From positions 1-11,275 of the forward strand of contig JBBQFH010000056.1 of assembly GCA_038321865.1 (NCBI GenBank): DNA of 11,275 nt, read 5' to 3'. Numbering within the stretch: the first letter of the stretch is position 1; each line of letters begins with the position of its first letter. Both the position numbers and the translations under genes were made by a program. The stretch comes from Gemmatimonadales bacterium (lineage in GTDB: Bacteria > Gemmatimonadota > Gemmatimonadetes > Gemmatimonadales > GWC2-71-9). The notes under the pieces were generated by a model that had not been told where the DNA came from, searched no databases, and saw only the letters and a program-made list of their open reading frames with translations. This document shows positions 1 through 7,750 of the stretch, one piece after another.

Positions 1-1154
1 ACCGGGTTGCTCGCCGCATCCAGCAGCTGACTTCTCGGCTGCGTGGCCAGCGGCACGCCGCTCGAGGCGGTGCTCGAAGGGGCGAGCGCGATGCCGAGGC
101 TCGAGGCGGTGCCGGCCCCGATGGAAATCGCCGTCGAGGTGACGCCCGACAGGTTGGTGCCGGTGAAGTTCAGGGTGTAGGAACCGGTGGGTGCGTTCAG
201 GCCCAGCCCGCTGAAGGTGGCGAGGCCCGCGTTGTCGGTCGCCGCCGTGGCGGATCCGATCAGCGAGCCGCCGGTGCCGGACGAGATCGCGGCCGTGACG
301 GCCACCCCGGGCAGCGACACCGGGTTGCCGTTCGCGTCCCGGAGCTGCACCTGCGGCTGCTGGGCAAAGGCGACGCCGCTCTGGGCCGACGCCGACGGTT
401 GCCGGGTGATCGTCAGCTGCCCGGCCGCGCCGACCACTGCCGTGGCGGCGAAGGTGAGCGGAGACCCGGCGAGTCCCGCGGCCGCCGCCACCGTGGACTG
501 GGGGCCGGCCGCGGCGCCAAGGGTGCGGCTCACGGCGGCGCGCCCGTCGGCCCCGGTCAGGACCGTCGTCGAGCTGACGCTTCCCCCGCCCGTCACCGTC
601 CAGCTGACGCTCACCCCGGCGACGGGGTTCGCCGCCGCGTCCGTGGCGATCACGACGAGCGAATCCTGCAGCGCCGATCCGGCCGTGCCGGTCTGATTGT
701 TTCCCCGGACCACGGCGATGGTGGATGCCCCCGACGCCGAACCGGTCGCGGTGAACACCGCGATGAGGTTGGCCGGCGCGCCGGACCCCGTCACCTTCGC
801 CTGCGCAGACTGCGCGCCCGCCGTGGTGCCGAGGACCCATCGGGCGCCGGCGCGGCCATCGGAATTGGTGTTGACCGTCAGCGGGCTGATCGTGCCGCCG
901 CCCGCCGTCACGCTGAAGGTCACCGGCTGCGACTCGACCGGGCGGGCGCTCGCGTCGGTCACCCGGACGATCAGCGAGTCGGACAGCGGTGCGCCGACCG
1001 TCCCCGTCTGCGCGTTCCCCTTCACGATCGCAATTGCCGTCGGCACCGTATCCTGGGGCAGCACTAGCTTGTCGCCGCCGCAGGCGGCGGCGACGGCGCA
1101 GACCACAGTCAGCAGCCCGGATCGGTGGCGAGGTGAAGCGTGCACGGAAAACAC
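1..1154 (-). CDS. Ig-like (Big_1/invasin-type) repeat surface lipoprotein, 3' end beyond the window
   Basis: Not in the ORF track because it has no stop in the window. My translation: (VFS)VHASPRHRSGLLTVVCAVAAA-C-GGDKLVLPQDTVPTAIAIVKGNAQTGTVGAPLSDSLIVRVTDASARPV... It has a lipobox-like AAA-C (Cys codon 1080-1082), then ~100-106 aa T/V/G/A-rich repeats with D..(G)NPV and T..DG.A motifs. Start is GTG at 1154 or 1145. The + strand ORFs 187-696 and 697-1170 are its antisense shadows. Confidence 0.88.
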   Translation of the reverse strand, partial: MFSVHASPRHRSGLLTVVCAVAAACGGDKLVLPQDTVPTAIAIVKGNAQTGTVGAPLSDSLIVRVTDASARPVESQPVTFSVTAGGGTISPLTVNTNSDGRAGARWVLGTTAGAQSAQAKVTGSGAPANLIAVFTATGSASGASTIAVVRGNNQTGTAGSALQDSLVVIATDAAANPVAGVSVSWTVTGGGSVSSTTVLTGADGRAAVSRTLGAAAGPQSTVAAAAGLAGSPLTFAATAVVGAAGQLTITRQPSASAQSGVAFAQQPQVQLRDANGNPVSLPGVAVTAAISSGTGGSLIGSATAATDNAGLATFSGLGLNAPTGSYTLNFTGTNLSGVTSTAISIGAGTASSLGIALAPSSTASSGVPLATQPRSQLLDAASNP

Positions 1155-1204
1155 TCGGTGTCTCGGATAGGGAGCGCGTCCGCCGGGTGGCGGACGCGCT
1201 TTGG

Positions 1205-1210
1205 AAGATA
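1205..1210 (-). promoter_or_regulatory. Candidate -10 element (TATCTT) for the Ig-like lipoprotein gene
   Basis: Same hexamer as the -10 of the tRNA operon promoter, ~50 nt upstream of the start in a short AT-rich patch. No good -35 seen. Confidence 0.35.
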
Positions 1211-1236
1211 CAATCCCGACCGGGGTCCCGTGAGGG

Positions 1237-1860
1237 CTATATCCCCCCGGCCTGGTAGGTCAGCGCAACCCCAAGCGCTCCGATCCGCTCGCGGTAGCCG
1301 CCGCCCTGGGCGCCGGAATAGTCGTGGTACTGGAAATCGAGGGTCGGGGTGATGGCCAGGTGGCGCCCCACCCGGATGTCGTACCCCAGGCCAACCACGC
1401 CGGCGAAGCCGAGGTCGCTGATGGTCGGGCCGCCCGAGTAGTCGAGGGCGCTCCGTCCGAGCCCCGCGCCGGCCTTGAGATAGAGCCCGGCCCGGGCCAT
1501 CGGATAGAACTGCGCGATCCCGAAGATCCCCCCGACCGTCTCAACCACTTTCCCGCTGTTGTCATAGTACGAGTTGACCCAGCTCGAGAGCTCGCCGCCC
1601 AGGCGCAGGTGCGGATTGACGGTGCCGCCGAGCCGAAGCTGCACGGTCGGCTTGGTCAGTCCGTCGCTGTAACCCAGACCGTCGTCGGTCAGGTCCACCG
1701 ACTCGGAGCCGGCACCCACACCCAGGGAACCCCAGAAGCCGTGGCGGTAGCGCCCGGAGACATCCACCAAGCCGTGGCGGCGTTGCTGTGCGGCGATCGA
1801 CGGAACGAACAGGACAGGCAGGGCGATCGCGAGAATGGCTGCGCGGACGACGGGTCGCAT
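1237..1860 (-). CDS. Outer-membrane beta-barrel protein (small 8-stranded OMP-like), 207 aa
   Basis: ATG 1860 gives the signal peptide MRPVVRAAILAIALPVLFVPSIAA-QQ, then alternating G/aromatic amphipathic strands (GFWGSLGVGAG, GLYLKAGAGLG, GVVGLGYDIRV) and a terminal strand ALGVALTY. The ORF extension to 2643 is the antisense shadow of SURF1. Confidence 0.8.
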   Translation of the reverse strand: MRPVVRAAILAIALPVLFVPSIAAQQRRHGLVDVSGRYRHGFWGSLGVGAGSESVDLTDDGLGYSDGLTKPTVQLRLGGTVNPHLRLGGELSSWVNSYYDNSGKVVETVGGIFGIAQFYPMARAGLYLKAGAGLGRSALDYSGGPTISDLGFAGVVGLGYDIRVGRHLAITPTLDFQYHDYSGAQGGGYRERIGALGVALTYQAGGI

Positions 1861-2025
1861 GGTAGTCACCCAGGAAAGAAGTCGGACGGGCGCGCTCTGG
1901 ACGCCAACTCGACTGGCAAGGAGTGGGCCGCGAACCATTCGAGCGTCTATCTTTTTATGCGACGGGGAGTTGTGTATTCGCGTCGCCCCGTGGTACCGCA
2001 GGTATTTCCCCAAAACGGACACTGC

Positions 2026-2763
2026 ATGTCCTCTCGATCCCGGTTTGTGTTCTGCGGCGTGCTCGTGGTCGTGGCGCTGGTGTGCGTTCGGCTGGGCGTC
2101 TGGCAGATCCACAGGTTGCGCGACCGGCGCAGCGCAAATGCCGCCGCCGCGCAGGCACACGCCGCGCCGCCGGTGGACCTCGACACTGTGCCGGGCGACG
2201 CACGGAAGCTGGCTTACCGGCGGCTGCGCGCCACCGGCCGCTACGACCGGCGTCATGAGATCGTGCTGCGTGGCATGACCCTCAACGATCTGCCGGGGGT
2301 CCACGTGGTCACTCCCCTGCTGCTCAACGGCGGCCGCGCGGCGGTCCTGGTCAAGCGCGGCTTCGCGCCGGCTCCGGACGCCGTGTCCGCCCGGCTCGAT
2401 GCCCTCGATGAGCCGGGTGAGGTGACCGTCACCGGAATTGCGATCCCGATCGACACGCGCGCGGACAGCGGCCTCCCCCTCGTGCGCCAGGGCGCCACCA
2501 CCTGGGCCCGGCTCGACCTGCGTGCCCTCCGGAGCCGATCGCCTTACCCGCTGATGGCGATCTATCTGTTGCAGGCACCTGACTCCTCGCTGCCTGCGGC
2601 GCCCCGCCGCCTCCCCGCCCCGCTCCCCGACGATGGGCCGCACCTGAGTTACGCCATCCAGTGGTTCGCCTTCGCCACCACGGCACTGGTGATGGCGGCC
2701 ATCTTCGCGCTCAGGTCGCCGGCGACGCTTTCGGGCCGTCCAGTGCCTCGATCGTCTTCGTAG
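2026..2763 (+). CDS. SURF1 family protein (heme-copper oxidase assembly factor), 245 aa
   Basis: N-terminal TM helix ending LGVWQIHR, central G.HVVTPL and VLVKRGF, C-terminal PHLSYAIQWF plus a TM helix. These are hallmark SURF1/Shy1 motifs. ATG at 2026. Confidence 0.92.
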   Translation: MSSRSRFVFCGVLVVVALVCVRLGVWQIHRLRDRRSANAAAAQAHAAPPVDLDTVPGDARKLAYRRLRATGRYDRRHEIVLRGMTLNDLPGVHVVTPLLLNGGRAAVLVKRGFAPAPDAVSARLDALDEPGEVTVTGIAIPIDTRADSGLPLVRQGATTWARLDLRALRSRSPYPLMAIYLLQAPDSSLPAAPRRLPAPLPDDGPHLSYAIQWFAFATTALVMAAIFALRSPATLSGRPVPRSSS

Positions 2764-3997
2764 ACGGGCGCGTCGTCCGCTGCAGGCGCTGCGCGGTCGC
2801 CTCGGCCGCGTGCATGGCCCGCAGCAGATTGCCCCCGGCCAGCTTCGTCAGGTCCGCGTCGCTCCACCCCCGCCGGATCAGCTCGGCGAAGAGGTAGGGA
2901 AACTTCGACGAGTCCTCCAGACCGTCCGGCGTCTCGTCGACGCCATCGAAGTCGCTGCCGATGCCAACGTGGTCAGCGCCCGCGATGCGGCGTACGTGCT
3001 CGATATGATCGGCGACGTCCCCGATCGTCGCGTGCGGCCGCGGGTGAGCCGCGCGCCACTCGCGAAACAGCCGCCGCCCTTCCGCCGTGTCCGTCGTGGC
3101 GGCGCGGATTTCCGCCATCCTGGCATCGGCCTGCTGTGCCCACAGCGCGTTCCCCTTCGACACGAAGCTCGGCACGAACGTCACCATGACGACGCCGCCG
3201 TTCTTCGGCAGCCGGGCCAGGATCGAGTCGGGGACGTTGCGCGGGACGTCGGTCAGCGCGCGGGCGGAGGAATGCGAGAAGATGACCGGTGCCTGCGTGA
3301 CGTCGAGCGCGTCGCTCATCGTGCCGGGCGAGACGTGTGACAGATCCACCAGCATGCCGAGGCGATTCATCTCGCGGACGACTTCCTTGCCGAACTCCGT
3401 CAGGCCCCCATGCCGGGCGGTGTCCAGCGCCGCGTCGGCCCAGTCGAGGGTGACGTTGTGGGTCAGCGTCATGTACCGCGCCCCGAGCGCATAGTAGGCT
3501 CGCAGCGCCCCGAGCGAGTTTTCGATGGCATGGCCGCCCTCCATGCCGAGCAGCGAGGCGATCCGGCCCTTCCTAAAGTCCTGCTCGATGTCTCCTGCCG
3601 TCAGCGCGAGGGCAAAGCGGTCGGGGTACTGTGCGATCATCCGGCGGGCGATGTCGAACTGCTCCAGCTGGATCCGCGCGTACCCGCTGTCCTTGACCTC
3701 GCCCGGCACGTAAATCGACCAGAATTGCGCCCCCACCTGCCCCTGTGCCAGCCGGCCGAGATCGGTGTGCTTGGCCGACGTCTGATGCAGGTCGTAGGCA
3801 TCGACATCCCGCGGCGCCGTCTTCGACGTCCGGATTTCCCACGGCAGGTCGTTGTGGCCATCGATCAGCGGCGCCGACCGGAGGAGCCGCCGCGCATGGT
3901 CGAGCGCGGCATCGGGCGTCTGGGCGGTGCCGGCAGTGGTCATGGTCCCGGTGGCGATGAGGAGTGAGCAGCAGGCGGCGAGCGGCGCGCGGATCAT
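2711..3997 (-). CDS. Membrane/renal-type dipeptidase (peptidase M19), secreted, 428 aa
   Basis: Motifs IDGHNDLP, GMEGGH, YMTLTH, VDLSH, IFSHS, GIGSDFDG. ATG 3997 has GAGG upstream, and the N-terminus looks like a signal peptide. Confidence 0.95.
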   Translation of the reverse strand: MIRAPLAACCSLLIATGTMTTAGTAQTPDAALDHARRLLRSAPLIDGHNDLPWEIRTSKTAPRDVDAYDLHQTSAKHTDLGRLAQGQVGAQFWSIYVPGEVKDSGYARIQLEQFDIARRMIAQYPDRFALALTAGDIEQDFRKGRIASLLGMEGGHAIENSLGALRAYYALGARYMTLTHNVTLDWADAALDTARHGGLTEFGKEVVREMNRLGMLVDLSHVSPGTMSDALDVTQAPVIFSHSSARALTDVPRNVPDSILARLPKNGGVVMVTFVPSFVSKGNALWAQQADARMAEIRAATTDTAEGRRLFREWRAAHPRPHATIGDVADHIEHVRRIAGADHVGIGSDFDGVDETPDGLEDSSKFPYLFAELIRRGWSDADLTKLAGGNLLRAMHAAEATAQRLQRTTRPSTKTIEALDGPKASPAT

Positions 3998-4011
3998 GCG
4001 ATACCTCGGCG

Positions 4012-4040
4012 AGAGAAAAAGTCGCGGCGGCTCACCGCAA
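4012..4040 (-). terminator. Possible weak intrinsic terminator overlapping the YkgJ-like stop codon
   Basis: Minus strand TTGCGGT-GAGCC-GCCGCGA hairpin (with G-U pairs), followed by C-TTTTT-CTCT. Confidence 0.3.
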
Positions 4041-4376
4041 GCCGATCTGCGTGAGCTCGGGCCGGATGACGAATTCCGGGCAGATAGTCCGATCGTATTC
4101 GTACGGGCCACCGGTCTCGGCGTCAGTCCACGGAAAGCCGCGACAGACCGCCGGATAATACGACTGCGCGTGGATGGTGCACACGTTCTCGCGCAGAAAC
4201 ACGCAGCGCCGGGCGCGGACCCGCGTGCGCCACTCGCCCCAGCGCGTGCGATACACCACGCCGGGGCCGTGGGCGGCGGTGATCGCCGCGGCCTCGTCAT
4301 CGCTCAGCGTCACCCCGTAGGCACAGCAGGCCGAGGCATGGGGGCACGGATAGCAGGGCAGCGAGGGATGGCTCAC
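4032..4376 (-). CDS. YkgJ/UPF0153-like cysteine-cluster (Zn/Fe-S chelating) protein, 114 aa
   Basis: GTG 4376 overlaps the phosphatase stop (GTGA), with GAGG upstream. Sequence: SHPSLPCYPCPHASACCAYGV...RCVFLRENVCTIHAQSYYPAVCRGFPW...ICPEF. This is the CxxC..CC / C.FL...C.IH...P..CR.FP pattern of the family. Confidence 0.85.
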   Translation of the reverse strand: MSHPSLPCYPCPHASACCAYGVTLSDDEAAAITAAHGPGVVYRTRWGEWRTRVRARRCVFLRENVCTIHAQSYYPAVCRGFPWTDAETGGPYEYDRTICPEFVIRPELTQIGLR

Positions 4377-5962
4377 GGGGATACGACCTCGGGAAGCGGG
4401 CGGCCGGTGATCCGCTCGGTCGGCCGCACGCCGATCAGTGCGGCGAGCGTGGCGGCAATGTCTTCGACGACGACGGGGCGCGCGTAGCGGCCGGGCCGGA
4501 TTCCCGCGCCGGCGAACAGGATCGGTACCGCGACATCCTGCTCCAGTGGCGTGCCGTGATTGGCCAGGCCGGTCCGGGACCAGATCACACCGGCGATCGG
4601 CACCGCCGCGAACAGCCACCCCGTCCCGGGCGGAATCGTCCTGCGCCAGCGCTCGGCGTAGACGTCCGAGGCGGGAGCACGACCGAGCGACCTGGGGGTA
4701 TACACCCGCGCGACACCAGTTCTGCGGCGCGCCTCCGCCGCCCAGGCCTCGCTCAGACTGTCCACGTCCACCCCGAGCGCGCGCAACTGCGCCGCGTCGG
4801 CCATCAGCAGTCCGTACTCGAATCGGAAACCGAAGCTTCGCCGGTAGCGCCGATCGAACCGTGCCCTGCCCTGGTCGGCGTAGTCGCCGAGCCATTGGCG
4901 CCCGGCCGGCTGATGCAACACCTGGGTCACGTACGCCGGCGCCGACTGCGCGCCGTGATCGGCCGTGAGCGCGATGATGGTACGCTCCCGCGGAATCACC
5001 ACCGCCAGCGAATCCAGGAACCAGCCCAGCCAGTGATCGAGCCGGAGCAGCTGATCGTGCATCTCCCGTGAATCGGGCCCCCATTCGTGGCCGACCTCAT
5101 CGGTCGCGGAGAGCGAGACGACGAGCAGGTCGGGCCGGTCACGCCGGCCGAGCCCGAGCCGGCGCACGCCCTCGAGCGCGAGATCGAGCGTCAGCGAGTC
5201 CATCCACGGGTAGAGCTCCAGCCGCGCCGCGAGCGAGTCCAGCCGGGTCGGGATCGTGTGCGGAAAGGTGGCGTCACGGCCACCCGCCTCGAAGGCGAGC
5301 GAATCCCGCTCCGCGTAGGCCGAATCCGGCCGGAGCAGCGTCCAACGCGTTCCGGCCAGGCGACCGACACCGCCACGCGCATTGAAGGCCTGCACCCAGC
5401 GCGGCAGCGAATCGGTGTAGTAGCGGCTCGTCGTGAACCCGCCAGCCGCGAACCAGTAGACATCGCCCCGCGCGCGGCCGACGGGCAGAATGGCACCGCG
5501 GTCCTTTCGCGAAACCGACAGCACAGTCGCCGACGAATCGCGCGCGAGCATCCAGTCGTACAGCGCACTGCCGCGGAAAGCACGCGGCGATGCGCCCGGG
5601 CCGTCCGGAACGCCGATTACCGGAAACGCCGGGTCCCCGACCCCATCGTCGTTGGTGACGATTCCGTTGCTCGCCGGTGGCCGGCCGGACAGGATCGTCG
5701 CATGACCTGGCGCGGTCTGCGTCACTGCGTGATCCTGCCGGCCATGACTGAAGAAGGCGCCGGTACGCCGGAGCCGGGCGAGCCCGCCGGTGAACTGCGG
5801 GCCGAAGCGGTCGAAGTAGTCCGGGCGCATCTGGTCGACCACGATCAGGACGACCAGCGCGGGGCGGGGCGACGTGGTGCTGGCCGCCGGCGCCCTGCCT
5901 GGCGCCAGTGCCAGCAACGCCGCAGCTGCAGCCGCCGGCAAAGGCGAGCGAAGTCGAAGCAT
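4373..5962 (-). CDS. Alkaline phosphatase superfamily protein, PafA-like (Thr nucleophile), secreted, 529 aa
   Basis: Motifs VVDQMR, TQTAPGHATI, SRKDRGAILP, TDEVGHEWGP, TADHG, NHGT. Ala/Leu-rich signal peptide. Confidence 0.92.
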   Translation of the reverse strand: MLRLRSPLPAAAAAALLALAPGRAPAASTTSPRPALVVLIVVDQMRPDYFDRFGPQFTGGLARLRRTGAFFSHGRQDHAVTQTAPGHATILSGRPPASNGIVTNDDGVGDPAFPVIGVPDGPGASPRAFRGSALYDWMLARDSSATVLSVSRKDRGAILPVGRARGDVYWFAAGGFTTSRYYTDSLPRWVQAFNARGGVGRLAGTRWTLLRPDSAYAERDSLAFEAGGRDATFPHTIPTRLDSLAARLELYPWMDSLTLDLALEGVRRLGLGRRDRPDLLVVSLSATDEVGHEWGPDSREMHDQLLRLDHWLGWFLDSLAVVIPRERTIIALTADHGAQSAPAYVTQVLHQPAGRQWLGDYADQGRARFDRRYRRSFGFRFEYGLLMADAAQLRALGVDVDSLSEAWAAEARRRTGVARVYTPRSLGRAPASDVYAERWRRTIPPGTGWLFAAVPIAGVIWSRTGLANHGTPLEQDVAVPILFAGAGIRPGRYARPVVVEDIAATLAALIGVRPTERITGRPLPEVVSP

Positions 5963-5967
5963 GCCGG

Positions 5968-5973
5968 AAGCTA
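5968..5973 (-). promoter_or_regulatory. Candidate -10 element (TAGCTT) of a leaderless transcript
   Basis: TAGCTT-ccggc-ATG lies directly before the phosphatase start. No SD sequence. Confidence 0.5.
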
Positions 5974-5990
5974 ATCAGCGCGTCGGGCGG

Positions 5991-6566
5991 TCAGTACGCT
6001 GCGTCCGAGGTGTAGCGACCAAAGCGGACGCCGAAGCGGAGCGGAATCATCCTCACCTGAGCACCCGGGTGAAACACCGCCTGATACCGCAGCTCGACGA
6101 ACGGGCTGACCAGTCCCATCCGGTACGCGCCACCCAGACCGAACTGCACGCCGAGGTAGGTACGCCCGAACGGAGCGATCTCGGGCGAGCCGCGATCGGC
6201 CTCGTCATAGTACGCACCGATGCCACCGAAACCCCAACCCCGCCAGCGCGACGGTTCCGCGGCGTAGAAATCGTATTCCGCGCTTCCGCTCAGGCCCCGG
6301 ATCCGGCGCCGCGGATAGACGAACGTCGGCGCGGCCTTCCCGCGGAACTCGGCGTACTCCGCATCGAGCCGGACGGCGACGGGTCCCTCGCCGATCCGAT
6401 ACTTGAGCGTCGCGAGGCCGGCGACGCCGAGCTTCGATCCGACCTTGAACTCGTGCAGCGGAAGCGCGAGGCCGGCGCCGAAGCCGAGCTCCAGCCGCTG
6501 CGCCACAACGGGAGGGGCGACCGCAAGGCCGCCGGCATAGAGGACCGCGATTCGCCAGCGACGCAT
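5991..6566 (-). CDS. Outer-membrane beta-barrel protein (small OMP-like), 191 aa
   Basis: ATG 6566 gives the signal peptide MRRWRIAVLYAGGLAVAPPVVA-Q. Amphipathic strands include LELGFGAGLALP, AVRLDAEY, GWGFGGIGAY, GVQFGLGGAY, PFVELRY, and IPLRFGVRF near the C-terminus. Confidence 0.8.
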   Translation of the reverse strand: MRRWRIAVLYAGGLAVAPPVVAQRLELGFGAGLALPLHEFKVGSKLGVAGLATLKYRIGEGPVAVRLDAEYAEFRGKAAPTFVYPRRRIRGLSGSAEYDFYAAEPSRWRGWGFGGIGAYYDEADRGSPEIAPFGRTYLGVQFGLGGAYRMGLVSPFVELRYQAVFHPGAQVRMIPLRFGVRFGRYTSDAAY

Positions 6567-6595
6567 GGATCCAGGCCTGAGGTGGAGGAACCCGC

Positions 6596-6623
6596 ATCCT
6601 AGCCGCTCTCCGACAAAGGTCAA
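6596..6623 (-). promoter_or_regulatory. Sigma70-type promoter for the beta-barrel gene
   Basis: TTGACC (6623-6618)-N16-TAGGAT (6601-6596), ~30 nt upstream of ATG 6566. Confidence 0.5.
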
Positions 6624-6793
6624 GCGAACGGAGCGAGCTTCCGTCCGACGTCGGCGTACGCCTCCAGCGCTCCGCCAGGCTTATCGTAGCCGGTGGCCAT
6701 GCGAGAGTTCGCTTCCGGACGCCACACGTTGCTCGAGTCGTTCATCCCGAGCGGCTTGAAGAGTTGTTCCTGCATGAACCGGTCGAACGGCCT
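6620..6793 (-). pseudogene. Internal fragment of a serine hydrolase (beta-lactamase class C-like family)
   Basis: RPFDRFMQEQLFKPLGMNDSSNVWRPEANSRMATGYD carries the family's F..(F/Y)M...(I/L)F.PLGM..S motif. Only ~57 codons; no SxxK or HxG motifs. Confidence 0.7.
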
Positions 6794-6878
6794 CGAACAG
6801 CGGCCTAGGGGCGCCGACCACCAGCAGTTCCCGCCGCGCCTGGCCGAACGTGTAGGTGCCGACGTTGCGTCCCGGAAA

Positions 6879-7664
6879 CTACCGGGAGGCATCGCCTGAC
6901 CGTCCGAGCCGCAGCGTCAGCGGCCACGACACGGCGCGCGCTTTCGCGCCCCAGCACGCCGACAGCGCCGGCTCGAGTGCGGCGACGGGATCGAGATCCC
7001 GCGCGGCCTGGAAACGGGCCACGGCCGACCAGGTCCGGACGTACATGAGGAATTGCGGCAGGGTCCAGCAGACCGTCATCTCGAAGTGCGGAGGGTCGAG
7101 CTCCGGAAACGGAAATGGGAGCGTCCGATATCCGGTGTCCACCAGCCCCCGTCCTGCCGGCCAGAACGGCCCAACAGTGTCGCGGTAAAACTCCAGGAGC
7201 AGCGCATCGAGCGCGGCGTCACCGAGGCGCTGAAGCCCATAGGTCCAGACGGCGAGCACGCCGCCCGGTCGAAGCACACGTCGCGCCTCTCGGTAGAATG
7301 CCGGCACGTCGAGCCAGTGGAGCGCCTGCGCGACGGTGACGAGATCGATGCTTCCGGCGGCAAGACCGCTCGAATCGGCCGGGGCGACTCGGTACTCGAT
7401 CCGGGGGTCGGGCGCCGCCGCGGCGATCTGCGCGGCGCTCGCGTCGGTGGCCACAACGCGAACGAAGTGGCCGGCCAGGCCGATGCTCGCCTGGCCGGTA
7501 CCCGCCGCGCAGTCCCACGCGATCTCGTGACGCCCGGCGATCCCCGCCAGGTAGGCGAACAGCGCTTCGGGATAGCGCGGCCGCGCAGCCGCGTATCTCG
7601 CCGCGCCGGCGGAGAAGTGATCGGCGAACGGCGACGGCTGATCAGGGTTGGTCGAGGACGGCAC
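6879..7664 (-). CDS. Class I SAM-dependent methyltransferase (Methyltransf_11/25 type)
   Basis: FADHFS..A..YA..RP.YP N-terminus, motif I AWDCAAGTGQA, VVATDAS, DLVTVAQALHW, RVLRPGGVLAVW. Start is GTG 7664 or 7700. Confidence 0.92.
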   Translation of the reverse strand: MPSSTNPDQPSPFADHFSAGAARYAAARPRYPEALFAYLAGIAGRHEIAWDCAAGTGQASIGLAGHFVRVVATDASAAQIAAAAPDPRIEYRVAPADSSGLAAGSIDLVTVAQALHWLDVPAFYREARRVLRPGGVLAVWTYGLQRLGDAALDALLLEFYRDTVGPFWPAGRGLVDTGYRTLPFPFPELDPPHFEMTVCWTLPQFLMYVRTWSAVARFQAARDLDPVAALEPALSACWGAKARAVSWPLTLRLGRSGDASR

Positions 7665-7750
7665 TCGCGCCGGCCTATGACTGGCCGAGCACGGGTTCAC
7701 GAGGCAGATTGCGGCGGGGACCCGCGCCCGCGACCGCGTCCGGAGGGAGC

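Noticed and set aside
27..41. Rare codons AGA-AGT (QPRSQ) where the previous repeat has QPQVQ; possible compensating indel or sequencing error
   Set aside because: The frame stays open and two codons are too little evidence.
187..1170. + strand ORFs 187-696, 399-1067 and 697-1170
   Set aside because: Antisense shadows of the minus-strand Ig-repeat lipoprotein, which has a signal peptide, lipobox and coherent repeats.
1237..2763. Apparent long bidirectional overlap of the 468-aa (-) and 479-aa (+) ORFs
   Set aside because: The real genes start at 1860 (-) and 2026 (+) and are divergent. The extensions are stop-free high-GC shadow frames.
3998..5084. N-terminal extensions of the dipeptidase (to 4300) and the Cys-cluster ORF (to 5084)
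   Set aside because: They overlap other real genes in alternative frames. RBS-supported starts exist at 3997 and 4376.
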